A stretch of 64,000 nt of DNA from Pseudomonadota bacterium (GCA_043825735.1 JBDRRP010000125.1:1-64000), one strand, 5' to 3'; positions 31,056 through 40,956 are shown, counted from the first letter of the stretch. A program made the numbers and translations. The notes: generated from the letters alone by a model not told the origin.

Positions 31056-32306
31056 TTAGAGGGTTTCGATGACACAGGCCATGGAAACGCCGCCGCCACC
31101 GCAGAGCGTGGCCATGCCCAGGGATTTGCCCTGTTTTCGCAGGGCGTGGAGCAGCGTGACGATGACACGGGCGCCGGTGGCCCCCACCGGGTGGCCCAGC
31201 CCGATTCCCGAACCATTGACGTTGGTTTTTTCCCGGTCCAGCCCAAGCTCCCGCTCGCATCCGATGTACTGGGCAGCAAACGCTTCGTTGACTTCCACAA
31301 GATCAAAATCGGAAATGGCAAACCCGCTGGTTTTCATCAGATGATTGACCGCTGGTACTGGCGACAATCCCATGATGGATGGATGGCAGGCGCCGCGACC
31401 GACGGCCCGGATGCGTGCCAGCGGTGTAACCCCAAGACGCTTGGCCGCCTCGGCGGACATGATTACCAGCGCCGCGGAGCCGTCATTGATGCCACTGGAG
31501 TTGCCGGCGGTCACCGTGCCGGTTTTAGGGATGAAGGCCGGGGGTAGCTTTTCGAGATCGGCCATCGTCATGCCGGGTCGAAAATGCTCGTCTTTGTCGA
31601 AGATGATCGGCGGCTTGCGCCGTTGAGGCACTTCAACAGGCACGATTTCTTCCTTGAAATCGCCTTCGTTGGTGGCGCGCTCAGTGTTGTTGTGGCTCCG
31701 GAGCGCCACGATGTCCATCTCCTCGCGGGTGATGCCCAGGTGCTGGGCCACGAATTCCGCGGTGTGTCCCATGATGTAGGGTTTGCCGATGAACTGGCTC
31801 AGCGGCGCCTTTTCGGAGTCCACCGGCCCGTCTTCGGGGTGGGGGATAATGTGGGAGCCGCAGTGCAGCGCACGGATCAGCGCGTCCACGAACTGCTGGT
31901 CCTGGAGACGGCAGCCCCACCGCGCGGCCGGTACCTGGTAAGCCACCCCGCTCATATGTTCTACGCCGCCGGCCAGGATCACTTCTGCCATGCCGGCCTG
32001 GATCATGGCCATGCCGGAGATGACGGCTTCCATACCGGAAATGCAGACGCGGTTAATGGTGACGGCGGTCACGGTGTCCGGGATGCCGGCCAAAAGGGCC
32101 CCGACCCGGGTGACATTGAGGGCGTCTGCCGGTTCGATGCAGCATCCGTATCGGATATCGTCGATCACTGCCGGATCGATGCCGGCCCGGGTGACGGCTT
32201 CTTTCATGGTAATACTGGCCAGAGTGGCCGCGTGAGAATCTTTGAGGCTGCCGCCGAATGCGCCGATGGCGGTGCGGCAGGCGGCGGCGATAACGACTTC
32301 TTTCAT
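31056..32306 (-). CDS. Canonical thiolase (acetyl-CoA C-acyltransferase)
   Basis: NRVCISG catalytic Cys, NEAF, GHPVGATG and CGGGG motifs. Confidence 0.93.
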   Translation of the reverse strand: MKEVVIAAACRTAIGAFGGSLKDSHAATLASITMKEAVTRAGIDPAVIDDIRYGCCIEPADALNVTRVGALLAGIPDTVTAVTINRVCISGMEAVISGMAMIQAGMAEVILAGGVEHMSGVAYQVPAARWGCRLQDQQFVDALIRALHCGSHIIPHPEDGPVDSEKAPLSQFIGKPYIMGHTAEFVAQHLGITREEMDIVALRSHNNTERATNEGDFKEEIVPVEVPQRRKPPIIFDKDEHFRPGMTMADLEKLPPAFIPKTGTVTAGNSSGINDGSAALVIMSAEAAKRLGVTPLARIRAVGRGACHPSIMGLSPVPAVNHLMKTSGFAISDFDLVEVNEAFAAQYIGCERELGLDREKTNVNGSGIGLGHPVGATGARVIVTLLHALRKQGKSLGMATLCGGGGVSMACVIETL

Positions 32307-32332
32307 CAGGAGCTCCTATTGATAGAAAAGGT

Positions 32333-34189
32333 TTAAAAACCGCCGAAAGCGGCATCGGACATTTCCACGGCGGAGGGGTCGGCATCGGCGATGGCGCTCA
32401 TGCGGCCGAGAGTTCCGGGCAGAATGTTGCGGATAAAAAAGGTCGCCGTGCGGATCTGTCCATCATAGAACGCGGCATTTCGGTTCTCTTCAATTTTTTT
32501 GGCTCGGGCCGCTCCCTCAAGATTTCCCACCAGTTTTTCCAGCGGAGGCACTGCCGCCGTGGCGCGCCAGAGCAGCATCCAACTCATGATGACGTCGCCC
32601 ACTGCGTCGAGAAAGGGCAGGGCCTGGGCAAAGGCACTTCGGAAATCCGGTCCCATCGCAGTTTTCCCCAGTTTCACGGCGGTCTCACCCAGCCGCGCCG
32701 TGGCAGCGGCGACCCACTCGGACAGCGGCTTGAGCGCGGGAATGGCTGCGGCGGCATCGGTCGTGGTCCTGATTTCTTTGAGAAACGACAGAAACACCTC
32801 CCCCTGGTTCATGCCCAGCTTGCGCCCTAAAAGGTCCATTGCCTGGATGCCGTTGGTGCCTTCGTAGATGGACGTGATCTTGCAATCCCGGGACAATTGT
32901 TCCACCGGGTACTCTTTGGTGTAGCCGTAGCCGCCGTAAATCTGGATCGCCTGGATGCAGACCTCGTAGCCCCTGTCGGTGCAGTAGGACTTGATCACGG
33001 GGGTGAGCAGGTCGATGAGGCCCTGGCAGCGCTGCTTTTCGGCCGGATCGGCGGTGGTGGCGGCGGTGTCGAAAAGGGTTGCCGTGTAGAGCACGAAACT
33101 GCGCATGCCGTCCACGTAAGCCTTCATGCCGGTAAGGGCGCGGCGCACGTCCGGATGCTGGATGATGGGCACCTGGGGAGCGTCCGCGTTCTTGCCCGCG
33201 GCGATGTCGCGCCCCTGATGCCGCTGGCGGGCATAATTGAGGGCGTAGAGGTAGGCGGCCGATCCGTGCAAAAAGCCTTGGACGCCCACGTCGAGACGGG
33301 CGGCGTTCATCATGTGGAACATGATTTTCATGCCCCAGCCTTCCTGACCCAGCAGCAGGCCCCGGCACTTGCCTTTGCCCCCGAAAGTGAGGCTGCAGGT
33401 GGGGCTCCCGTGGAGTCCCATCTTTTTTTCGATGCCGGTGCACACCACGTCATTGGGCTCGCCCATGCTGCCGTCCGGATTGACCCAGTATTTGGGCACC
33501 AGGAAGATGGAAATCCCTTTGGAACCCTTTGGGGCGCCTTCCACGCGGGCCAGCACCGGATGAATGATGTTCTCGGTGAGGTTCTGATCGCCGTTGGTGA
33601 TGAAGATCTTGTTGCCGGTAATGGTGTATGTGCCGTCGTCATTTTTCTTGGCGCTGGTGGTCAGGGCGCCGACCTCGGAGCCGGCCTCAGGCTCGGTGAG
33701 CACCATGGTGCCGCCCCAGTGGCCGGTATAGAGATTCTTGAGAAAGAGGTTTTTCTGCGCTTCGGTACCGTAGAGTTCGACCATCTTGCCGGCGCCGTGC
33801 CCCAGGGTTCCATAGGCGGTGAACGCGAAGTTGGCGCCCACCAGATACTGCGAGGCCGCTGACGCCACGACGTGGGGCAGCCCCTGCCCGCCCAATTCAG
33901 GATCCTCGGTGAGGGCGATCCATTCATTTTCTACGTAGAGCCGGTGGGGCCGCCTGAAACACTCCGGGGCTTTGACGACACCATCTTCAAAGGTGGCGCC
34001 GGTGCGATCACCTTCCGCACAAGTGGGCAAGATCTCCTTGATGCCGAAATTACGGGCTTCAGTGATAATCATATCCGCCATTTTACGGTTCAGTTCTTTA
34101 TAGCGGGGGGTCCGAAACAGTGCTTCGATACTGAGTTGCTCGTAAAGCACGAAATCGACATCCCTGCGGTCCGCGATGAGTTGCGCCAT
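32333..34189 (-). CDS. Long (~600 aa) acyl-CoA dehydrogenase
   Basis: LTEPEAGS, G.KIFIT, KMGLHGSPT, YGGYGY, IYEGTNGIQ. Confidence 0.93.
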   Translation of the reverse strand: MAQLIADRRDVDFVLYEQLSIEALFRTPRYKELNRKMADMIITEARNFGIKEILPTCAEGDRTGATFEDGVVKAPECFRRPHRLYVENEWIALTEDPELGGQGLPHVVASAASQYLVGANFAFTAYGTLGHGAGKMVELYGTEAQKNLFLKNLYTGHWGGTMVLTEPEAGSEVGALTTSAKKNDDGTYTITGNKIFITNGDQNLTENIIHPVLARVEGAPKGSKGISIFLVPKYWVNPDGSMGEPNDVVCTGIEKKMGLHGSPTCSLTFGGKGKCRGLLLGQEGWGMKIMFHMMNAARLDVGVQGFLHGSAAYLYALNYARQRHQGRDIAAGKNADAPQVPIIQHPDVRRALTGMKAYVDGMRSFVLYTATLFDTAATTADPAEKQRCQGLIDLLTPVIKSYCTDRGYEVCIQAIQIYGGYGYTKEYPVEQLSRDCKITSIYEGTNGIQAMDLLGRKLGMNQGEVFLSFLKEIRTTTDAAAAIPALKPLSEWVAAATARLGETAVKLGKTAMGPDFRSAFAQALPFLDAVGDVIMSWMLLWRATAAVPPLEKLVGNLEGAARAKKIEENRNAAFYDGQIRTATFFIRNILPGTLGRMSAIADADPSAVEMSDAAFGGF

Positions 34190-34478
34190 GGTGATTTTCC
34201 TCCTGTTGCATCCGGTGGTTGGCCTCTGCCGCCATTGCCTGTTTTCGGCGGAGGTGCCCTGATAACAGGTGTCTCCGTGCCTGACAGACGGTTGGCGCAG
34301 AAATGTGTATTAAAGCAATGGGCGATGATTCATTTATTGAAGGAAGGCCCTGGGCCAGCAGATACCAGAATCGATATAAAATTGCACGGCGAAATTGAAT
34401 TGATCCTCATTTTAAGTCCGAGGCCGGCAAGCGGGAGGGGTAAAGGGCAATACCGGGGTGTCGGTTCGCACGGCGGTA

Positions 34479-35213
34479 TCAGCGTTTTCTGAGAAATTCT
34501 CGTTGGACGCGCAGGATGAAGGCAGTGATGATGCGCTGGTCGGCGGGGGTCAATTCCAAAAATTCAAGCGCGTAGCGGTGGCGGTATTGCGCGGTGTCTT
34601 GCTCCACGCGACGGACAACGGCTTTTTTGATCGATGCTTTCGTGGCCTCGGCCTCGGGACTGCCGGGGCAGGCGATGACGAGGTTGGCCAGCTGGGCACC
34701 AATTTTGAAAATGGGCTCTGAAGTCTGCTCGTTTCGACGCATGCGGCTGACGATGCCGAGGCCGCCGCTCTGGCTGATATTAATGAGGTCCATGGCCCGG
34801 GCTTCGCCGTTGATGGTCAACGCGAGCAGTGTCCCGGGCGGCGTGTCCACCCTGAAGTGCCGTCGCCGCTGGATTCGGGAGATCGCTTCCGGGACCGGCA
34901 CCCAAATGCCATCGGCCTCGATCCGTCCGCCGCTGGTATTGAAATTGTACTCGAGTTTGTCCTGGCCCGTGAACGTGAACTGGAGCCGCCAGCGGGGCGC
35001 TTTGGCCACGGCCGACTGGAATCCGCGCGGCGGATCCAGGACGAGAAAGGTGCCGCCCGGGTCCGTGCGGATATCGGTGATCATGGTGAGCCGTTCGTAG
35101 CCTTCAACGCCGCGGAGCCTCAAAGTGACAAGGGTGTTGGTGGTCTTCAGTTCTTCCAGCAGTTGGTTGATACGGTCGCCTTTCAGCTGACTACGATCGT
35201 CCATGGTCACCAT
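34479..35213 (-). CDS. PilZ-domain (YcgR/flagellar brake-like) c-di-GMP effector
   Basis: QRRRHFR and NISQSG PilZ motifs; start 35213 or 35204. Confidence 0.82.
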   Translation of the reverse strand: MVTMDDRSQLKGDRINQLLEELKTTNTLVTLRLRGVEGYERLTMITDIRTDPGGTFLVLDPPRGFQSAVAKAPRWRLQFTFTGQDKLEYNFNTSGGRIEADGIWVPVPEAISRIQRRRHFRVDTPPGTLLALTINGEARAMDLINISQSGGLGIVSRMRRNEQTSEPIFKIGAQLANLVIACPGSPEAEATKASIKKAVVRRVEQDTAQYRHRYALEFLELTPADQRIITAFILRVQREFLRKR

Positions 35214-35301
35214 CGATCCAGTGGGGAAGCCTGCGGTTTTTCGTGCCGCCGCAGTGGGGTGCGCGAGAAGTGTCCAAGAGTCTATTCTGGTTTTGAAAAA
35301 C

Positions 35302-35328
35302 ATATCGCACAGTACCAAAAAACCTTTA
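35302..35328 (-). promoter_or_regulatory. Possible sigma28-type promoter of the PilZ gene
   Basis: Minus strand TAAA-N15-TGCGATAT (CGATA core correctly placed). Confidence 0.5.
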
Positions 35329-35431
35329 ATCCGAGGGAGATCTGCACCGTGCGTATGCGCTTTCGATCCGTATTCATTACATATTCCGATACATCCTTCA
35401 AGAACGAGATTGTATAAAGCAATTCGATGTT

Positions 35432-35535
35432 TGAATCTGATTCGAATTTATAATGTTGTTCAAGAATATCTTGACAACCCTGGGCCGAAAGGGCTATGAA
35501 AAATTCAAAACATGAATCTGATTCGAATTTATAAT
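35432..35535 (+). promoter_or_regulatory. Promoter flanked by two identical 23-bp operator-like sites
   Basis: TGAATCTGATTCGAATTTATAAT at 35432-35454 and 35513-35535; TTGACA at 35471 with TATGAA 18 bp later. Confidence 0.75.
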
Positions 35536-35629
35536 CTACTTCAGGCCGGGTTTGCCTCCCAAGGCAGGCTCCGGCCCCATGAGATGGTGCTCATCCAGTT
35601 TTGGACGAACACTAACCAAGGGAGGCGCA

Positions 35630-36772
35630 ATGGATTTTGCGTTCACCAGAGAACAGTTAATGTTCAAGCAGGAAGTGATCCGGTTTGCCAAGAAGGAAAT
35701 CGTGCCGCGCGTGCAGGAGCACGACCTGAAAGAGGCCTTTGACTTCGAATCGTTTAGAAAGCTCGGTGAGTTTGGAATTTTAGGGCTCCACTTCCCCGAA
35801 GCCTATGGCGGAGAGGGGGCCGATGTGGTCACCACCGTTCTGGCTGGTGAAGCACTCGGGGAGGCCGGTGTCGACGGTGGGCTGACCCTCGCCTATGGCG
35901 CCCATACCTTTTTATGCGCCGACACCATTTTCAGCCATGGCAGTGAGGCTCAGCGCCAGCATTTCATCCCCAAACTGGCCCGGGGTGAGTGGATCGGCTG
36001 CATGGGGCTGTCAGAGCCCGATGCCGGCTCGGATGTGGCCTCCATGAGCACGACGGCCGTGCGAGACGGAGACGACTACGTCCTCAACGGTACCAAGATG
36101 TGGATCACCAACGGCCCCATTGCCGATGTGGCCGTGGTCTATGCCAAGACCCAGCCGGATCTTCAGCACGCCGGTATTTCCGCTTTCATTGTGGAAAAGG
36201 GCACTGCGGGCTTCTCGGCGGGGCGACCGCTGATCAAGATGGGCGTGCGCACTTCCCAGACCTCCGAGCTGGTATTCAACGAATGTCGGATTCCGGCTGA
36301 AAACCTTCTGGGCAAAGAAGGCGAAGGGTTTCTTTACGCCATGCAAACCGTCGAGTGGGACCGCAGCGCGCTGCTGGCCCCCTTTGTGGGATCCACGACC
36401 TATCTGCTGAAAAAATGCGCAGACTACGCCAAGGGGCGGGTGCAGTTCGGCCGCCCCATCGGGTCTTTCCAGGCCATCAAGAACAAACTGGCGGACATGC
36501 GCATTTTCGGTGAGGCCTCCCGGTCGCTGGTCTACCGCATCGCCTGGTGCAAGGATCAGGGGCGCCCGCTCAATCATCTGGAGGCGGCCGTGGCCAAGCT
36601 TTTCATCGGCGACTGGAGCCTGTCGGTCACCAATGATGCCGTCACCCTCCACGGCGGCTATGGCTATACCCACGAATTTGACGTGGAACGCATTTTCAGG
36701 GATACGCGGCTGGCGCCCATCGGCGGCGGCACCTCGGAAATTCAGAAGATGATCATTTCCAAACTTATGTGA
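35630..36772 (+). CDS. Acyl-CoA dehydrogenase (probable catalytic subunit)
   Basis: LSEPDAGSD, NGTKMWITN, RVQFGRPI..FQ, HGGYGY, IGGGTSEI; GGAGG RBS. Confidence 0.92.
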   Translation: MDFAFTREQLMFKQEVIRFAKKEIVPRVQEHDLKEAFDFESFRKLGEFGILGLHFPEAYGGEGADVVTTVLAGEALGEAGVDGGLTLAYGAHTFLCADTIFSHGSEAQRQHFIPKLARGEWIGCMGLSEPDAGSDVASMSTTAVRDGDDYVLNGTKMWITNGPIADVAVVYAKTQPDLQHAGISAFIVEKGTAGFSAGRPLIKMGVRTSQTSELVFNECRIPAENLLGKEGEGFLYAMQTVEWDRSALLAPFVGSTTYLLKKCADYAKGRVQFGRPIGSFQAIKNKLADMRIFGEASRSLVYRIAWCKDQGRPLNHLEAAVAKLFIGDWSLSVTNDAVTLHGGYGYTHEFDVERIFRDTRLAPIGGGTSEIQKMIISKLM

Positions 36773-36809
36773 ACGGTGCGCCGAGCGGCGCCTGCGTTGC
36801 GGAGGACCC

Positions 36810-37946
36810 ATGAACTACGACTTCAATCCGGTTGAGCAAACGTTCATTGACGGTTTTATCGATACCCTGGCGACGGTATTGGACGGGCGCAACACTGATG
36901 ACCCTGCCGCTCGAAGCGATCGCGGCGGTCTGCTGGCGGCCCTTTCAGCACTCGCCGGCGGCGGGTTTCTGCGACAGGGGTTGTCCCTTGCCGGTGACCC
37001 TGCGGTCTCCAAGGCGGCACAGCTGGCGACGAGTGCGGCGCTGGCGGCCCGGTCCCCGTCGCTGGCACTGGCCGCGGAAGTCAGTGTGCGGTTGTTTGGC
37101 CGCATCGTTGATACCTGGGGAACGCCGGCGCAAAAGAATGCCCTGCTGAAGCCGGTGACCGACGGCGTCGCCGTCGGGGCAGTGGCGTTGTCCGAGGCGG
37201 CCATGAACGTGGAAAACGACCCGCTGGAAACGATCGGTGTTCCCGACGGCGACACCATGGTGGTCAACGGGGCCAAATCCTATGTGGTCAATGCCGCCCT
37301 TGCCGACTGGGTGGCCGTTGCGGGGCGACTGGAAGACAAAGGGGCCATTTTCATTATTTCGGCAGGCACTGACGGGCTGCGGGTGGATCCCTCCAGTCAG
37401 GTCCTTGGGCTGGACGGTGTAGCGTTTTCCTCGCTGCGTTTTGAAAACTGCCGGATTGCCGCGGACCGGGTCATCGGCCCCATGGACATGGGTCAGATGC
37501 TTACCCGCATCCGATCCTGGGAGAATATGAACCTTTGCGCCCTCAGTCTGGGGATGATGCAGGCTGCTTTCGAGACGGCCCGGGATCACGCCAAGACCCA
37601 TCGTTCCGGCGGCAAACCGGTAATCGCCTATCAGGCCGTGGGTTTCAAGCTCAGCGAAATGCTCACTTTGTGCCAGACCGCCCAGTGGCTGACGTACCGG
37701 GCCGGGTGGGCCTCGGAGAGCGGCCAAAGCGATGCCGAGACCCTGGTGCGCTGCGCCAAGGTGTTTTGCTCAGAAGCGGTGGCGCAGGTGTCGGCAAAGG
37801 CCCTTCAGGTGCTGGCCGGGGCCGGCATCACCACAGCCAATCCGGCCGATCGGGGCTACCGCGCGGCGGCCTATACCCAGATCGCGGGGCTGTCCACCGA
37901 AATCGCCCGGGTGCGCATCGGCGACGAGGCCATGGGCTGGAAGTAG
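36810..37946 (+). CDS. Divergent acyl-CoA dehydrogenase-fold protein (probable partner subunit)
   Basis: Retains NGAKSYVVN and GKPVIAYQ.V.FKL; EPxxGSD, GGYGY and GGTSE motifs are degenerate. Confidence 0.8.
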   Translation: MNYDFNPVEQTFIDGFIDTLATVLDGRNTDDPAARSDRGGLLAALSALAGGGFLRQGLSLAGDPAVSKAAQLATSAALAARSPSLALAAEVSVRLFGRIVDTWGTPAQKNALLKPVTDGVAVGAVALSEAAMNVENDPLETIGVPDGDTMVVNGAKSYVVNAALADWVAVAGRLEDKGAIFIISAGTDGLRVDPSSQVLGLDGVAFSSLRFENCRIAADRVIGPMDMGQMLTRIRSWENMNLCALSLGMMQAAFETARDHAKTHRSGGKPVIAYQAVGFKLSEMLTLCQTAQWLTYRAGWASESGQSDAETLVRCAKVFCSEAVAQVSAKALQVLAGAGITTANPADRGYRAAAYTQIAGLSTEIARVRIGDEAMGWK

Positions 37947-37957
37947 GCGGTGGAAGA

Positions 37958-38003
37958 CAGAGGTCAGAGGTCAGAGGTCGGAAGTCGGCGGTCAGAGGTC
38001 GGA
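37958..38003. repeat. Short heptamer tandem array (CAGAGGT)n
   Basis: CAGAGGT x3 plus degenerate units. Confidence 0.7.
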
Positions 38004-38024
38004 GATCTACGCTGACATCAAAGA

Positions 38025-38206
38025 TTGATGCATTTATAAAAAGTCGGTTTTTTCTTTTTCCGTCATCCCGGACGAGTGAAGCGAGATCCGGGATCCAGTG
38101 ATTTCAAGCACTTCTGGACCCCGGCCTTCCACCTTCGCTATAAAAATAGCTACGGCGGACAGGTCGCCGGGGTGACGGGCTTTGAAACTTTTTACGGCTT
38201 CATCAA
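38025..38206. repeat. Family D shell carrying a GTCATCCCGG-type palindrome
   Basis: TTGATG..TAAAAAGTC / ACTTTTTACGGCTTCATCAA around CCGTCATCCCGG..GATCCAG..CTGGACCCCGG..CCGGGGTGACGG. Confidence 0.7.
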
Positions 38207-38236
38207 GGTTGCTTTGAATAACAGAGGTGCCGAGTT

Positions 38237-38917
38237 ATGCCCAAAGCCAGTGCGGGGAAAACACAGTCCGGAAGCGACGGCCCACAGAACAAAAGCGCCC
38301 TGCGACGCCAACGGGAGCGCGAGCAGCGCTACCAGACGATCCTCAAGGCCGCTGAATGCTGCTTTGCGCGAGACGGTTACAACAAGGCGAGCGTGGAGCA
38401 GATTGCCGACGAAGCGGAAGTGTCGGTGGGCACCGTCTATTTTTATTTCAAAAACAAGGAAGATCTGCTGATCCATCTCTTGAACGACATCGGGTTTCAA
38501 CTGCGGGATCTGCTGGGGCGTGAGTTCCGCAAGGCTGATGGCTCCGTCGAGGGGATGCGACGGGCCGGCCAGGTGTTTTTTGATGAGTTCTGTCCCCACT
38601 ACCCGGAGCGACTTCTCATTTTCTTTCGCGATGCGGTGGGGCAGAGCGCCGAAGTGGAGGCGCATCGGAAGAAAATTTTCAATCGACTCATCCTCGATGT
38701 GCGCGAGGCGCTGGAGCGATTGGCCGTCCAGCAGGAAGAAGTCTTTCAAAGCCCGCTGGCTGCCGAGGTGATGGCAGTGAGCATCATGGGCATGTACGAG
38801 CGAATTGCCTATCACTACCTGATATGGCAGGAGGACCGGTCGAAGGATCTGGTCACTATCGGCAGCGATGCCGTTGATTTCATCGTGGGGGGGATTCCGA
38901 ATCTGTTTAAGAAGTAA
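38237..38917 (+). CDS. TetR/AcrR family transcriptional regulator
   Basis: ILKAA..F..GY...SVEQIA..AEVSVGTVYFYFKNKEDL HTH. Confidence 0.92.
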   Translation: MPKASAGKTQSGSDGPQNKSALRRQREREQRYQTILKAAECCFARDGYNKASVEQIADEAEVSVGTVYFYFKNKEDLLIHLLNDIGFQLRDLLGREFRKADGSVEGMRRAGQVFFDEFCPHYPERLLIFFRDAVGQSAEVEAHRKKIFNRLILDVREALERLAVQQEEVFQSPLAAEVMAVSIMGMYERIAYHYLIWQEDRSKDLVTIGSDAVDFIVGGIPNLFKK

Positions 38918-38926
38918 AGAAAAAAG

Positions 38927-39123
38927 AAAGGGTTCGAGGGGCCGAGGGTCCAAGGGTTCAAGGGGAACAACGAACCCGATGACCCGACGCACCGGCAGTG
39001 GCAGCAGTGCTGATGCAGCAAGGGAAAACCGAAAGTCTTGGGAGAGCCTTGCCGAAGCCGTCATGGATGTTTTTTTTGGGGTCTCACTTGAACCCTCGAA
39101 CCCTCGGCCCCTTGAACCCTTTT
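38927..39123. repeat. Family C inverted octamer-array element, copy 2
   Basis: AGGGTTCG-AGGGGCCG-AGGGTCCA-AGGGTTCA ... TGAACCCT-CGAACCCT-CGGCCCCT-TGAACCCT. Confidence 0.8.
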
Positions 39124-39188
39124 TTTCAAGCGGAAACCGGTGACACGATTTACTAACAGTCACCCCATCGGGAAGAAAGCATCACCCA

Positions 39189-39743
39189 TTGCTCCTCAAA
39201 GGCGCCCTACATGTACACACCACCTGTTCCGACGGCACCCTTTCCATTGCCGAGGTGGTCGCCGTCTACGAGCGTCTGGGATTCGACTTCATCGCCCTTA
39301 CCGATCACGACTATCTGCTCAGGGGGGAGTGCTATGCACAGGTGGCGCGCTTGCGCACCCCGTTGATCATCTTCACCGGTGTGGAAATGAGCGTTTTTGA
39401 AAAGGGCTACGTCCACGTGAACCGCATCGACGGCAACCGTGACACACTGCATATCTTCAACCACCCCGCCGAACTCGATCTACCTCTGGACAAAGTGATC
39501 GGGCGCATCGGCGAGGTGGCCCGGCAGGTATCGCTGGACGCAATTGAAATTACCACCAAGGGGTTCCGTACCCCGGAGTACGACATCCCCGAGATTCCCT
39601 ACCCGAAAGTGGCTACCGATGACGCCCACACGGTGCAGATGTGCGGCCGCGCATGGATTGAAATGGACTGCGGCCGGGACAAGGACGCCATCATCCGGGC
39701 CGTCCGAAACGGGGATTTCTGGAACTGTTACGCAACCGGCTGA
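39189..39743 (+). CDS. PHP-domain metal-dependent phosphoesterase
   Basis: LHVHT..SDG, LTDHD, GVE, NHP, DDAH motifs; TTG start. Confidence 0.85.
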   Translation: MLLKGALHVHTTCSDGTLSIAEVVAVYERLGFDFIALTDHDYLLRGECYAQVARLRTPLIIFTGVEMSVFEKGYVHVNRIDGNRDTLHIFNHPAELDLPLDKVIGRIGEVARQVSLDAIEITTKGFRTPEYDIPEIPYPKVATDDAHTVQMCGRAWIEMDCGRDKDAIIRAVRNGDFWNCYATG

Positions 39744-39807
39744 CCCGTCAGGCGGTCCCGGAAAAATCGATGATAAACCGACGGCAATCGTTACGAAGGA
39801 GAGGATT

Positions 39808-40956
39808 ATGACCAGACGGGTGGGGATTTGCGCGGTGGCGCAGACACCGTACAAAGGCAATTTCTGGGAAGAACGGTTTCAGGGGATGGGGCTCATGGTC
39901 CTGGAATCGCTTCTGGAGCAGACCGGCGTGGATTTCTCCGAGAACGGCGGCATCGACATGAGTATCAGCGTCTCCAACGACGTCTTCGATGCCCGCACCA
40001 TCTCAGACAATGCCATGACCGACGTCCTGGGGGCGCACTACCGGTGTGAGGAGAAGGTCGACCAGGATGGTTCTCAGGCCGTTTATTACGCGCTGGCCGC
40101 CATTCAGTCCGGGCACTGTGACAAGGTATTGATTCTGGGCCACTGCAAGGAATCCCAGTGCAAGAGCAGAAACATGGTCTCCCATCTGACCTTTGACCCG
40201 TTTTACACGCGGCCCGTGGGGCTCGACTACCTATCCGCCGCGGGTATGCAGGCGCGGGCCTACGGGGCGCGTGCCGGCATCACCGATGTCCAACTGGCAC
40301 GGATCGTAGCGCGCTGCCGGGCGGCTGCGGCAAAAAATCCGCTGCTGCCCGATGCCGTGGCGGTAACCGAAGCAGAGGTGCTGGCCTCGCCAATGCTGGC
40401 CGATCCCATCCGTGAGCTGCACGCCTACCCGGTCTCCGACGGCGCCATCGGCATGATCCTGGCCGCCGAGGATGTGGCCCGGCGGATCAGCAAGCGCCCT
40501 GTGTGGATCACCGGCGTTGGCAATGCCATGGACCATTTCTTCCTGGGAGACCGGGATCCGGGGGCGGCCGAGGCCCTGAAAGCCGCAGCGAAACGGGCCT
40601 ACCGGCGTGCCGGCATCACCGATCCGGGGGCGGCATTCGATGTGGTGGAGGTATGTGATCAGTACGCCTATCAGCAGCCCATGTGGATGGAAGGCCTGGG
40701 GCTGGTGCCTGCGGGGGGCGGTGGCCGGTGGCTGGATGCCGGCGGTCCGGATGCCGCCCGGGTTAACCTCTCGGGCGGGATGCTGGCCGGCAACCCGATG
40801 ATCCTGGGCGGCCTCACGCGTGTGGCCGATGTCGTTCGCCAGTTGAGCGGCATAGCCGGCGATGGCCAGGTGCCCGATGCCCGTACCGGACTGGCCCACG
40901 GTGTCACCGGACCGGCCGGTCAGTTTCATACGGTCATCACCTTGTCCCGGGACTGA
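39808..40956 (+). CDS. Thiolase-fold protein lacking the catalytic Cys, Ltp4-like
   Basis: SDGA and VNLSGG motifs; EKVDQDG in place of the Cys loop, reminiscent of Ltp4; AAGGAG RBS. Confidence 0.8.
   Translation: MTRRVGICAVAQTPYKGNFWEERFQGMGLMVLESLLEQTGVDFSENGGIDMSISVSNDVFDARTISDNAMTDVLGAHYRCEEKVDQDGSQAVYYALAAIQSGHCDKVLILGHCKESQCKSRNMVSHLTFDPFYTRPVGLDYLSAAGMQARAYGARAGITDVQLARIVARCRAAAAKNPLLPDAVAVTEAEVLASPMLADPIRELHAYPVSDGAIGMILAAEDVARRISKRPVWITGVGNAMDHFFLGDRDPGAAEALKAAAKRAYRRAGITDPGAAFDVVEVCDQYAYQQPMWMEGLGLVPAGGGGRWLDAGGPDAARVNLSGGMLAGNPMILGGLTRVADVVRQLSGIAGDGQVPDARTGLAHGVTGPAGQFHTVITLSRD

Noticed and set aside
35432..35535. Two 23-bp direct repeats as a mini-CRISPR
   Set aside because: Only two copies, the 58-bp interval is a promoter, and no cas genes are present.
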